Shown here: positions 1-13,637 of the stretch, one piece after another | Numbering within the stretch: position 1 is the stretch's first letter | Layout: each line of letters starts with the position of its first letter | NCBI GenBank assembly: GCA_002633005.1 | Contig: NMRA01000114.1 | Coordinates: 524,018-588,017, forward strand | DNA: 64,000 nt | Direction: 5' to 3' | Source of the DNA: Phoronis australis | Lineage: Eukaryota; Animalia; Phoronida | Translations under genes and position numbers: made by a program | The notes under the pieces: model-generated | The model's input: only the letters and a program-made list of their open reading frames with translations | The model's database searches: none | What the model was told of the DNA's origin: nothing

Positions 1-3000
1 CCTGAAAAAATTAATAATCCGACACAGATGTTTCTAAAAAGTGTCAAATTTAAACATTGTAATTTTTGCTCTGACATCAAAGAATGAAAATTCAATATCA
101 AATTTGAAAACTTCAAGTAATTATGTCACTGATAGTCAACTCCTAACTCCTGCAGTGTTTTTATCTTTTGAAACACTGAAGTGACAATGCAAACTGTTAT
201 GGCAGTAGACATACATTGACCATAACAATCACTTTCTAATTAAGAATCCAGCCAAAGGATACGTACCTGCATAATACGGACATTGTCAGCACGATGGATC
301 TCCGTGTCTTTGGCCAACTTCTTTCGAAGAGAGGCTACAGACCTCTCCAGATGTTCCCGTTGCCTGCTGTACTCTTTTTGTATGTCTGCATCCACGCTGG
401 CCGACTCGGTCTGTGAAAGAGAATTGAAAAGAGTGAGCGACTGCATTTAAAAACCTTGAACAGAAATGATGAGTCACCTGCGCAGAGCAATAGTTCTTAA
501 ATTGGCACTAAATCCATGCTTTCTGTCAAAATGCAAATTTTGATTTCGTGATCATGAAAAGTCACTTTTAATTAACATTTTGGACGAGTCCTGAAGCGTT
601 ATACCAAAATTGAGACAGGTAGCGTGAACGTATTGCTGGCCTCAACCTTTGGGGGGCCCTAAGCTAGATTTGAGTAAGGGCCACCTTTATTGAAGACTGC
701 ATTTTAAGAAGTTCCTTTGTCCCTGAGGGGGCTCTAAGCAGTAGTACAGTGGTTGGACAGACGATGCGTGCAGGTCATGTTTTTACTCACAATAATCTGT
801 AATTGACAATTATTTTTTCTTGCATTTCTTACAAGTCACTTTATTGCTACAACTTCAAAACAAAATTGACTTACAATATCTTCTTGTACGTGTTTCTGGT
901 ATAGCGCCTTGATACTTTCTTTGAGCATCTTGGGATCCTGTATGTAGCCAACGCAGTTGTGCAGATCTGTTTTGAACCTCCTAACAACCGCCTCAACATC
1001 ACGCACCTAAAATAATAAACAATGGAACAGTTTTCATTCATGACTTTCAAGAAAGATAATTTCATATTTAAATTACTTTGGCCTAAGCAAGACCACTGTT
1101 TACCAACTCCTAAACATTGCACCAAAAGTAACAATGAAATTTGTAGACCTTAGAGAGGATTTTGATACCATCCATCATGTTGTACTTACCCGTTGTCTTT
1201 CCTGGTGCATTTCCTTATCAGTTGCCCTTAGTTTCTGCCTCAGCTCAGTGATGTTGAGCTCCAGCTGTGTATTCTGTTTGTGGAAACGTTCCAACTCGCT
1301 TTCCATCTGCAAACAGGTTGAAGTAACTAGTTGTGAATTCCCATTCTTATGTGTTGGAAAGTGAACATGATCAGTTTTTATCTATTACAAAATGTCTGAA
1401 ACACAATGCCTCTTTTCATGCTGGTTTTCTGAGCATGTTCTCTGCATGAATGCAAAGTGAAAAATATGGAATTTATTTTATTTTATAAATGTGTAGTAAA
1501 TCTATGGATAATTTGCTTAAAAATACTTAGTTTTGTACATCAATTAGTATCATTTTGTGGTTATATTGCATTACTATTTTTTCCAGTCATTCAAATATTT
1601 AACCAATCACTGATCATATATGTAAAAAACTATGAAGACAAACCTCCTGAATCTGTTCTTTCATTGACTTGATGTCATTTTCACGAGGCTCAATCTGCTT
1701 CTTTAGTTCTTTAATCTTGTAGTCGAGCACAAACTTGAACTTTTCTAATTCCTGATTCTTTTTCTTCAGGTCGTATATTCTCTTTTCCTGCAAATACAAA
1801 CAGTTTGTTTTTAAGGACACTGACAATAATCAACTTGCTTCTGGCTTGAAATCACATGTTCAAATTTTGAAAGAACAAAATTTATTCAGTGTATAAACTA
1901 ATTACAACCAGAATGGAACAACGGAACATTATAAAGTAATTTATGGGCAGCAAATCTTTTTTGATGTTTTGTCTTTATTTTATTCAAATGCATTGAGCTC
2001 CATAATCGCCATGGACGAAACATGGAAAACAGCAGTATGACTCCGTTTAGAGTTAATATGTAACACCGAAACAAAGCAGAACTTGAAAATTAAACAATAT
2101 ACATGACTGTGCAAAAGCAACAACCACATTATTTGTGCAGACAATAGTAACACTATGTATGCACAGGCGATAGGACGAAATTCAACCTACCTTATCCTGA
2201 ATGGTTTCATCCCGCTCTTGAATCTCCTTCTTCAGACCAACAATGTCCTTCTCCAAGTTGCGAATAACGTTGTTCAGCTTCTGCGTCTCCTGCTGATACT
2301 TCTTGATCTCTTCCTTGTGATCGTCTATTTCTTTTTGCAAACTTGAAAACTGTTAATGAAATGAAAGGCAAATAAGATTTGCACTCAGAGTACAAGGAAA
2401 AATGATGAACATTAACATTCATGTATCACTTGAAAATATTTTTGGTATTCTGCTAAGCAACAAAGCAACTATAAATTTTATTGTGACAACTTTAATTTGT
2501 AAAAAGGTAAAAGTCACACAAAATTACCTTTTTTCGCATGATGCCAGTTTCACCCTTCAACCGACTGTTGGCCTCCTTTTCATCTCGAAGCCGGCGCTCA
2601 TATTTATTCTTGATGTCGAGAATTTCGCGGTCTGCATCTTCTTCAATTTGCCGTTTTGTTTCTTCATTCTCTTTTGACTGCTGCTGCTTCTCATCGTTAG
2701 ACTACAATCAAAAGTCAAAATCATGAACTTTTACTTAACTGCAGACATTTATTTTAACTGTGACTTTAGACTCTGTTCATGCCAACTGGTATTTTATACT
2801 TTTTTAATTGACAAAGGAAAACTCAAGTGTTTTGAGACTTGATCTATAATATTTGCACACAAATCACAAATTTCATATTTTTCCCTTGTCACCCATATTG
2901 CCTGGTCACCACCTGTTGCCGAACAAATCATCCATTTGCCCTGCAAATCATCACCCTAAAATGACCCCGAAAGCTTCACCTTTGTACATGATTATTTGTG

Positions 3001-6000
3001 TGTGCACAACAGACAATATGATAAAATCCAAACTTTCAATTCACCACGACTAGAGCTGGCCTATCAAACCAATAAAGAACTGCTCATCCCAGCTTGATTT
3101 CCTCAAGTAGTGCACAGAAGTAGTGCTAGACACATCAACAGACCGTCACAAACAAAAATCACAATCCCCCTCACCTGCTCCAGCTGAGTGGTCTTCTCTG
3201 AAAGCTTAGTCTCGTAGTACTCTGTCAGCTCCTCCAGGGCGCGTTCTCTGCTCTCCTCCATTTCCTGCAGCTGCCTTTCATACTCTTCCTGCATTTTCTG
3301 CGACTTGGCCTGCAGCTCCTGGTACTTCTCATACTCAAGCATCAGTTTCTGGTTATTGGCAGACTCTGAATGTGAAGCATGGTATTTTAATATGGTGATC
3401 ATTTAACATTTTCCCATACTCCAGTGTCAGCTAAAATTTCACTCTTTATGCCACAATCCTTTACTTTCCCTGCTGCTACCTATACANNNNNNNNNNNNNN
3501 NNNNNNNNNNNNNNNNNNNNNNNNNNNNNNNNNNNNNNNNNNNNNNNNNNNNNNNNNNNNNNNNNNNNNNNNNNNNNNNNNNNNNNNNNNNNNNNNNNNN
3601 NNNNNNNNNNNNNNNNNNNNNNNNNNNNNNNNNNNNNNNNNNNNNNNNNNNNNNNNNNNNNNNNNNNNNNNNNNNNNNNNNNNNNNNNNNNNNNNNNNNN
3701 NNNNNNNNNNNNNNNNNNNNNNNNNNNNNNNNNNNNNNNNNNNNNNNNNNNNNNNNNNNNNNNNNNNNNNNNNNNNNNNNNNNNNNNNNNNNNNNNNNNN
3801 NNNNNNNNNNNNNNNNNNNNNTTTTTGACAATATTGGACAAGACAACTAGTTCTTGTCTGTCAATCATCTAAGTTCTTAACAGGTCCTCCTGGAGGCAAT
3901 TTGTTTGCAAGTGTTGGATTTTATATTTTAACCTATTAAAAATAATTAAAAAATTATGGGTCATGGGTTGGAGAAATAAATGAAAAATATGGGCGGTGGG
4001 TACGAAATAAAAGTGCCTTCCCCCCCTCCCATACAGGTTTTGCTGGAACAGCCCTAAAGTAATCTATGGGCAGCAAATCATTTTTGATGTTTTGTCTTAA
4101 CATGTCTTGAGCTCCAGACTGGCCATGGACAAAACACGGAAAACAGCAGTATGACTCATTTCAGAGTTAACATGTAAATCGAAACAAAGCAGGACTTGAA
4201 AATTGAAGAATATACATGTGCTTAAGCAACAACCACATTACTTGTGCACAGGCAATAGCAACACTATCTATGCACAGGCGATAGGACGAAATTCAACCTA
4301 CCTTATCCTGAATGGTTTCATCCCGCTCTTGAATCTCCTTTTTCAGACCAACAATGTCCTTCTCCAAGTTGCGGATAACGTTGTTCAGCTTCTGTGTCTC
4401 CTGCTGATACTTCTTGATCTCTTCCTTGTGATCGTCTATTTCTTTTTGCAAACTTGAAAACTGTTGAATGAAATGAAATTCAAATAAGATTTGCACTCAG
4501 AGTTCAAGCAAAAATGATGTACATTCACATTCATGTACCACTTGAAAATATATTCGGTATTCTGCTAAGCAACAAAGCAACTCTAAATTTTATTGTGACA
4601 ACTTTTGTGAATAGGTAAAAAGTCACACAAAATTACCTTTTTTCGCATGATGCCAGTTTCACCCTTCAACCGACTATTGGCCTCCTTTTCATCTCGTAGC
4701 CTGCGCTCATATTTATTCTTGATGTCGAGAATTTCGCGGTCTGCATCTTCTTCAATTTGCCGTTTTGTTTCTTCATTCTCTTTTGACTGCTGCTGCTTCT
4801 CATCGTTAGACTACAATCAAAAGTCAAAATCATGAAATTTTACTTAACTGCAGACACTTTTTTAACTGTGACTTTAGACTCTGTTCATGCCAACTGGTAT
4901 TTTACAATTTTTTTTAATTGGTAAGGGAAAACTCAAGTGTTTTGAGACCTAAAGAAAAGACTTGATCTATAACATTTGCACACACTTCACAAATTTCATA
5001 TTTTTCCCTTGTCACCCATATTGCCTGGTCACCACATGTTGCCCAACAAATCATTCATTTGCCCTGCAAATCATCACCCTAAAATGACCCCAAAAGCTTC
5101 ACCTTTGTACATGATTATTTGTGTGTGCACAACAGACAATATGATTAATTCCAAATCTAAATTTTCAATTCACCAAGACTAGAGCCGGCATCATCAAACC
5201 AATAAAAAACTGATCATCCCAGCTTGATTTCCTCAAGTAGTGCACAGAAGTGGTGCTAGACACATCAACAGTCCGTCACAAACAAAAATCACAATCCCCC
5301 TCACCTGCTCCAGCTGAGTGGTCTTCTCTGAAAGCTTGGTCTCATAGTACTCTGTCAGCTCCTCCAGGGCGCGCTCTCTGCTCTCCTCCATTTCCTGCAG
5401 CTGTCTTTCATACTCTTCCTGCATTTTCTGCGACTTGGCCTGCAGCTCCTGGTACTTCTCATACTCAAGCATCAGTTTCTGGTTATTGGCAGACTCTGAA
5501 TGTGAAGCATGGTATTTTAATATGGTGATCATTTAACATTTTCCCATACTCCAGTGTCAGCTAAAATTTCACTCTTTATGCCACAATCCTTTACTTTCCC
5601 TGCTGCTACCTATACATTATTGTGAGACATCTCAAAATTACCCCCATTATCTCCTGTACTCAACTTTTATGCCACTTGACCTACATGCGCCCCACTCCCC
5701 CACAGACTAATCCTGATCTCACTCCACTAGCACTCACTGCCCCACTTTGGCCTCCCACTGCAATTCCCCTCCCACTCACTCAAGTTTCCGCTCCTACTCA
5801 CCCCNNNNNNNNNNNNNNNNNNNNNNNNNNNNNNNNNNNNNNNNNNNNNNNNNCACCTGGTTCTTTGTCTTCAGCGACTCCATCTCCTGGATGAACTTCT
5901 CCGTAAGCTCCTTAATCTTCTCGTTGTAGTTCATGTCCTTCAGTCGCAGCTGATACTCATTCTCCATCTTCAACTCGTCCACTCGCGTCTTCAGCTCAGT

Positions 6001-9000
6001 CATCATAGAGTTCTGTCAACATAGAGATAATTAAGAAATTGCACAGCTGTCATACTGCCATGTTAAATAGAAAGAAAATGAAAACTATGATGACATAGGA
6101 TGTAATCCACTGTCATGCAATCCCTCCCACCATTTTCAATGTCTTCCAAAGTCTGTCCTACCAAATGTCCATATGCAAGAAAATTTTGAGCATTGCTACA
6201 GTAGGCCTACTACTCAACAACAAGAATTGGGAAAATGAAAACTTAAAAAGAATAAACAAAATTTCAAACAAGTATAACACTTGTTAAGAGAAACACAACA
6301 CCTAAGAGCAGATGAAACATTTCAGCAAAATTAACAACTTTTCGTTCGTCAGCAAAATTAAAAACAATTATGGAGATTTTAAATTTCTGTCAAGGCCATT
6401 AATATAAACGTGATCACAATTTGCACTGACCTTTTCCTCAAGGTCACTTTTAGTGATGAGGATCTCTTCAGCCCATCCCACTTCCTTGTCCCTCTTAAGG
6501 CCACGCCCCTCCTTATCCTGGATTTTCCACATCATGATGGAGGCATCCTCAGACACAGTCACGAGATATTGGTCGTCAAATGTGATTTTCATCTAGATGG
6601 AGAAATGTAACGAGTTAGAAGACACATAGTAACACCACACGAAAACAAAGTGTTATAAAATCTGCTGAGACGAATCGAACACATCACGAAGCATGGTGTT
6701 TTCAGAGATATGGAATTGCATGAATAATGTTGAAATATGTTTACAAATAATCTTTGAGAAAGTTTAAACACGTGATGACATTACTGTTTTAATGTTGTAC
6801 ATTTTATAGTCATTTTAAAAAGGAAACAAGAATGAAACCATCACTGCTAATTCACACAACTCCAAGATGCCACAGACTTCACGATCATTGGATTACTCAA
6901 CTCAAGTATTTCAATAACCGACTAGACACAAGACTAGACACCAGCTGGCCAACTTCAAACTCTATAAATCATTGGCCACACTTCATACCTTAGCAATGCC
7001 ACTGCTGTGACCCTGGTACTCAACCCATTCACCAGGCGATGTAAGGGGAAACTTCATTGACCTCAGCGTTCCGACTCCAGTACCAGCGAACAGCATGCGA
7101 CCCGAGTGGGACATGGCGACAGAGGTCAAGGTGGCGTCTGTAGCATCAACGTCACGCAAGATCTGGAGAATAGAAGAGATATGTAAATACAAGACTGACT
7201 AGATCCATGAATGTATTACACAAGAACCAAAAGGCACAAATCTAACAGACCCTAGAAGCAACTTTTGTTAAAAGCAACAAAATTTCAAAATTATTGTAAA
7301 TAAGATCAGCGACTTGTCACAACTCTAAGGAGAATTAATGAATGCAACAATTCAAACTGTTATTCAGATTGAATCATGAAGAATCTCAAAAGAAACTGAT
7401 TTAAAAAAAATGTCCTGCAAATACCACATCACATATCAAAACGACACGTACATGACACTTTTGAATACTGGAAACATGTTGTTTATGGAAGATGCCAGAT
7501 TCAACCAAACAGACCTACCTGTGAGTCAGAGATTTCCTTCAGGGTGCGATCAGAGCCGACGGCAAAGGTTGTCTTGCCGTCAGGAGTGATGGCAACGCCG
7601 GAGTAGCTACAAGCCTTGAGCACACTTTCACCCACTCGTTTCCCAGTGACTGTGTCCCATTCATACACTGCACCGTCCATGCCACACGAGACCAGTTTGG
7701 AGTCGTCGGCGCTCCAGACAATTGAGCGGACCTTGCCGTTGTGCCCCTTGAAGTTTTGAATGTTCTCAAACGTTCCCGTCGAGTAGATCTGTATCACAGT
7801 GCCATGGACTGCAGCAAACAGGTGTCCACCATTGCTGAATGCACACTGGAATTATAAAATATATGTTGTCATGGCAAAGTCTAACCTAAGGCTTCTACCT
7901 ATGAATACCAGCTATAGATGGAATTGTAAAACATTATCTGCCTTTCCACCTGTATTATTCATTCATGTTTGACCATAGGTCACTCCACCAATGCTTTCTA
8001 TATATGTCCTTCGCAACGTACAGTCTGTTGGTTTAAAAATTTCATTCAGTACCCGAGCGTTTTCAACAAGCTACAAGCCAACGTCAATTTATGTGAATAT
8101 TAAACACCAGACACCCTGAATCACCAGCTAATATAGAAAGCTGTTTTTTCAGAATCCTAAAACCCCAATGCAATAACACTATCAACACTTCTATAGCCTA
8201 GCCTCACCTCCCTACATCCTCTGATGGTGAACTCCTTGAAGGTTCTAATATCGTCAATCAATAGGTTCATCAGTCGCAGCTTGTCACTGAATCCCACCAG
8301 TATGTACAGACCACTAGGGTGCAGTGCGATACTATAGGCCTCCTCAGCAAACTCTTTGTACAATTCTAGGTTGCTGAAAAATGACAGACATGCGCACTGC
8401 AATGATGGAGTTTAAAATGAGATAAGAAAACAAGTATAGGAGCAAAAAGATATTTCATCCAGCAGTTTTGCAGATTGCTTGACACAAAACTTCTTACTTC
8501 CCCACGCATTTTTTTGAGCTGATTACAGTGATGTAGCTTTCTGAGCAAGCACGATTTACAAATAAAGGACATCACAGCTGGTTCACACTGGGATGAGTAC
8601 CATACAGCAATTAAAGACATTTGCGGCAATCTTCGATTAAAAAAAGGAGACAGAATATTCTCCCACAATTCAACACTCCAATCTCGCCGAACAATCGATT
8701 CTGAATCAGTGGCGGCCATTTTGCAAGTCTATATGCTACCAAGGCACTGAGTTCATGCATGAAATGCTTGGCTTTTACTAGCATGATTTTCCATGGTCTT
8801 GTGTGACACAAGAACCTCATGCTACCAAACACATCACAGGTGAACTACTGACGAATGGCATCAATCTTTTCATTATCAGACTCACCAGTTTTCAAAGTTC
8901 CAGATGCGCACCGACCTGTCCATGGAACAGGTGGCAATAAGTGGCTTCCTAATGCAGACGTCGAGACCGGTCACCTGACCATGATGGAAGGCCTGCGACA

Positions 9001-12000
9001 GGAACTCAAACTTGGCCATGTCACCTTGCTGCAAGAAAACGGACAATACCACATGATGGGATATTGGGACAATGATAGTTATGTAACAGTAACAGGCTGT
9101 AGTCACTGAACACATGAATTTGATCAGAATTACTTGACAGAAAGTGTACGCAAAGTAAACTAGGTATCTTAATCTAAGCAACGCATGACTGCATGCAAAG
9201 TAAGGTGTTTGCATGCAATAAGACAAAAAAGGGTTAAGGAGGAACTTTTTATGCAAAGATAATAAATGTCTTTAGCATTTGATCATCACAATTAATTTAG
9301 TTCAAGTATTTAAAGCAACTCTTAGAAACCATGCTTGCATTTCCCAGGTATCAGGAGACTGTTTAGTCAAAGGTTGCAAATCCACTCTGAGATGGGCAAA
9401 ACTTCAATTTTCATTTTGCAAGCAGTTCATAAACATGAAGGTGGTAGTTCAATCTCAATATGAAAAATTACTAACTTAACATCATTCAGCATTGGGTTCA
9501 CGTACTTATTACCGTCTTTGTTATGAACCGATGGACAACATTTGATGCAATTTGTCCTAGATATGCCTGAGAAGTACAAGCTTGATGGCACCACAGTGTC
9601 AAAAACAATTAAATGCAAAAATTTACAACAATTCACTGATCAGACAATCAATGTCATCATGGTGTTGGCGATATCACATAATCAAACCTATTCAGTGGAA
9701 AAATCTTGACATTTCACTCAACTACATCCACAAAATGATTAACCGCGACTCTACACCTTACCTTGCCAAGGTCAGCACTAGATAGTGTGATACAGTACAA
9801 CTGGCTCTGGTCAGTGGCTGCAATTAGCGTCTCTTCAGATGGACTAACAGACATACTGGTGATCAGCTGCTGGTTGACTCTGTTAGGGTCAGTGCTGTTA
9901 TGGTCAGCAGGAATCTGTAGTCACCAGAGAGAAGATTTCACTTGAGGATAATGGTCAATTACACACTTACATACTAGTTGGCTATTGAACAATTGGTTCA
10001 GGGATTGAATTTAGCATGAGCGTATGAAACAAAATGCCTGTGACTTCGCCAATTTTGGGTGAGGACTTCACAGCAAGAAGCACGGAAATGCTTGCAGTTT
10101 TTTGTTTTAACTGTATCTTAAAACAGTGAAAAGCTTTTGATTTATTGATTTTGCATTTGCATTGTGTTTCAAAGGTCAGAAAAAAATGTTTGTCAGATAA
10201 AAACCATTTACAACAAGATGTCAAAAATTTCAAAAAATATAAAAAGTGGTCTGTGAAAATTAATTCAATAGTGTTTGACAACATAGACAGAAAGGAGATT
10301 CCTATTTAGTTTGCCATTCAGAAGAAAAACCTCAATATTTAATGCTTTTTGTTGACTTTATTGGACAAGAAAAAAACTCACTGATATATTTTCATATGAC
10401 AAAAACATCATCTGCTTCGCTTTCAAAGCAATGTAAGGCAACTTTAACTAATGTGTTTATCTCTTTATAGAAAGCAGTAAGAGAGTGAACCTTTATTTCT
10501 TTGGCCTTTTTGAAGAACTCTTTGTCATCTGTTTTCTCATACATTAACACGGTGCCTGGTCCACAGGCGCACGCGAACCCCTTGGAGTAGGCCACAAGCG
10601 ACGTGATCTGCGGGGGACCGGACGATGCAGCGTCATTGCTATCTCTGTAACATGAACACAGAAGCACAGGATTAGCATACATTCACACAACACATGGATT
10701 TGTGTATAATAGAAAAACTATAGGACATCTGGCATGACTTGTAATAACTAAGAACATGAGTTCCATAAGTGAAGATATTACTGAGACCACAGGCATAGCA
10801 CGGAGGGACATAGGTGAAATTGTTGGCCATCGTGGGAAGTGTCAATATGGGGGCATTTTGTAATGAACATAGTTGTGGTAAATGCAAAATTGAAATGAGT
10901 TTGTACCAGAGAGTGAAACATCCCCCACCCCTCTGTGGCTACACCAGTGACCAAGACCAGTAAATTGTGCACTAAATATTGTATTAATTACTTACACATT
11001 GACTGTTGGAACACTCGCAGCTGACTTACTCGTCCTAGAAATTAGTCAGAGCAGGAAAGAATGAATAGTTAGAGAATGCAGCTGAGATTCAAAACAAACA
11101 CACAACAGAATAATAGCAAAAAATGCACGACAGACAGGGAAATATGAAACAGAACAGAACATAAAAAAGATTGAAAAGAAAAAGTTTCTCACAGTCACAC
11201 AAACAAAAATATTAAATTTTGAGGGAGGAACATCTTTGGCATGAATGCTAAAAGGCAAAACACCATGCAATACTGTTGATAAGACGAAAACTTACTTGTC
11301 TTTTAGCTCAGTGGTCAAGTTGAACTCGTGTTTGAATTCTCCTGATTCAAACAGAAGCAGTTTGCCATTGTCAGTCCCGACGATGACTCGCTCGTCTGAC
11401 ACCCACGCTTGGCACAGGAAGTTCTGCAGATCCATCTTCTGGAAGGCAAACTGTTTCAGGTTGCCCTCACTGTAGCGGAACAGCTTGAACACCTGGTTAC
11501 CCACGACGCACAGCTGGGTGTTGTCTTGTGGGTTGAACGTGACCTGCAAAAGAGGGTTGACAAGTCAACATTTCACACACTCTTATATGACTCCATTTTC
11601 CATAACATTGTCAAAATAAAATCAAATGCTTTTCAGGGGTGGGGGAAACAACTTCAAAAATAAAGACTTTCAATACCTTTACAACATTGTGTTCTCAAGT
11701 TACTTCTTTCTTTTATATGAAGAGCATTCCCACAGTTGAGTAGTGTCAACATCTAACGATTGTCTAAATTTGACCTCAGAATGTATTACACAAGCTGAAG
11801 CATAAATGTCACAAGTGCAGGTATGCTGTTTTTAAGTATAAATACTTTACCTGGTACACAGGGTTGTTATTTTGAGTGCTGGTCTTCGTTGAGGCCATAA
11901 TCTTGGACTTTTCCCACGTCCAATACACCAGCGTCCAGTCTGGGGCGCCACCTTGTGCCACAAGATACTTCGAGTCGGGCGAGAATGCCATGCTGACGAA

Positions 12001-12318
12001 TTCAGGTGACTGAACATCGCTAGAACTCAGCACTTTTCTGCGTCTCAGTGAGTGCAGATCGTAAATAGTAATAGTTGCTTTCTCGTTCCTTTCAGCAATG
12101 GCTACATAACGCCTGTTAGGGCTGACCGCCATTGACGACATTCCCGTGCTTTTATCCGAGCCCGGGATGAACTTCTGTTGTTTCTGGTCAATGTTGAATA
12201 GGATGCAGTTAGCACCCGATGGATACACAATAGTTTGTTCATCTTGATAGGCGATGTTGCTTGCAACCCCCGACTTTAAGCCAAATATGTGGCGTGGTTG
12301 GGCAATGGCAATCGACAT
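1..12318 (-). CDS. CFAP57: Cilia- and flagella-associated protein 57 (WD40 repeats plus C-terminal coiled coil), multi-exon, 3' end beyond window
   Basis: GT-AG exons (minus): 11851-12318 ([15 protein letters not shown]..), 11296-11543, 10491-10644, 9762-9914, 8886-9028, 8208-8373, 7519-7845, 6989-7162, 6431-6592, 5857-6012, [one exon missing], 5305-5495, 4637-4810, 4302-4460 (or their copies 3175-3365, 2528-2701, 2191-2349), 1644-1787, 1190-1306, 875-1006, 267-410, next acceptor at 2-4. Peptides such as [28 protein letters not shown] and [37 protein letters not shown] are recognisable CFAP57/WDR65. 5'UTR acceptor at 12342. Confidence 0.95.
1932..5616. repeat. Tandem near-identical blocks 1932-3486 and 4055-5616 across an N gap (probable two haplotypes)
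   Basis: Both blocks carry the same three CFAP57 exons. Coding differences checked are synonymous; introns differ by small indels. Gap at 3487-3821. Confidence 0.85.
10996..11034 (-). CDS. Candidate 39-nt alternative microexon of CFAP57
   Basis: Minus strand: TTTCCTGCTCTGACTAATTTCTAG|GACGAG...CAATGT|GTAAGT. 39 nt, open in the phase-2 frame ([12 protein letters not shown]). Confidence 0.55.
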
Positions 12319-13328
12319 GTTGACGTCTGTTTATGTCAACCCTGAAATAACATAACCCTGAACATTAAGCGGATGAATACCTCAATCTCTCTTACAGAGT
12401 AAAAACATGCCAGAATGTTGCTCCAGAAAAATTAGGTTAACAGTACTGCACTTAAACTAAAACTTTATTAGTCTGAAATTGTATAGGTCTGGCCTCAGTC
12501 ATCTTTTTATACACTCCCATCCTGGGTCAGGATGTCAAGCACATTGAAAGCAATATATAAAATTTCTCTGACTGTTAATATCAATTGCAACTGTTGGAAG
12601 GTGATTTGCTATGAATTATGAGTGATGTCTAGCTGCAGGGTTGGAAGAATCTGATGATGTTGCAAATTTCAAAGCTATTATCCTCTAACTACACATGAGT
12701 TGAAACTGTTATGAATTGAAATACTGTCAACTTCAATAAATTAACTCAAAAGGTTACAGCTTACAAGCATAGCTTAGGTCAAATGTAAGTTAGAAGTAAG
12801 AAGCAGTTCTTGAATTTTGCACTGGAATGTGACAAGAAACTGTCTTCCATAGCGTAGTATTAGGAAAAGCAAGACCGCCTCTGGCAGAGGTAGGTAGGTC
12901 AGCATTAACTATTGCCTACATTTTTGTTGTGGGCTTCCAAAGTGGCTCTCACAGTCCAGTTTGCAACCAGATACCAAGAGACACAACACGCAGGCAACTA
13001 ATTATTCAATGACTCTTCTCGAGATTACTTTTTTCGTCTTCTTACTCACCGTATATTACTATCACAGTCATTAGCACTGATCGCGGTCAGTCAATGTCGA
13101 CGAATTATGACTACAGACTACAGTATTTGAACATGTTGTTGTCACCAACACTGTTCAATTGTCAGGTTTATCAACCAATAAAAAGCCTAAATTCAAGTTC
13201 GTTTGCCTAATAAATGCACACGCAATTTCATAAACTAGTTACTTACCCAATTAGAATTAAAAATTTACTATAATTCGGCAGTATTTCATTAGCGTTCAAT
13301 AACTCTCATACAAGTGTTTGCTACCTCT

Positions 13329-13343
13329 GTTGCCAGGAGTAAC
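13329..13343. promoter_or_regulatory. RFX X-box in the CFAP57/ALKBH7 divergent promoter
   Basis: GTTGCC-AGG-AGTAAC matches GTNRCC-N(0-3)-RGYAAC exactly. It lies just upstream of a minus-strand GTAAGT donor at 13241-13246 (likely non-coding exon of a ciliary gene). TGCGCA motifs are adjacent. Confidence 0.75.
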
Positions 13344-13637
13344 CTACTGCGCATGATTTTCTGCGCACATCGCTAAATGAAATATAAAACAACAACTGCT
13401 TTTAAAGCATTTTCTGCTCCAAATTAAAATTATTTGTTAATGTATTTCCTAAAGTTAGACATATGTCAGTTGGTTTAGTTCTTATTCGCGTAATTATCTG
13501 AATATTGGTGGCAAATTTTAATTTTTACTGTTTTGTGCGACAAAATGGAGGTCAAAACAAAGAAGCTCTCACGTTAAAACATTACAAACGTGTTCTTTAT
13601 CAAATGTCGTGGAGTGAGATGTCCAATCTGGTATAAC

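Noticed and set aside
13590-13637. Upstream GTG start for ALKBH7 and TTG starts for NDUFB6 and CRCP in the ORF track
   Set aside because: The track allows prokaryotic-style starts; the first in-frame ATGs (13638, 23613, 32335) fit better.
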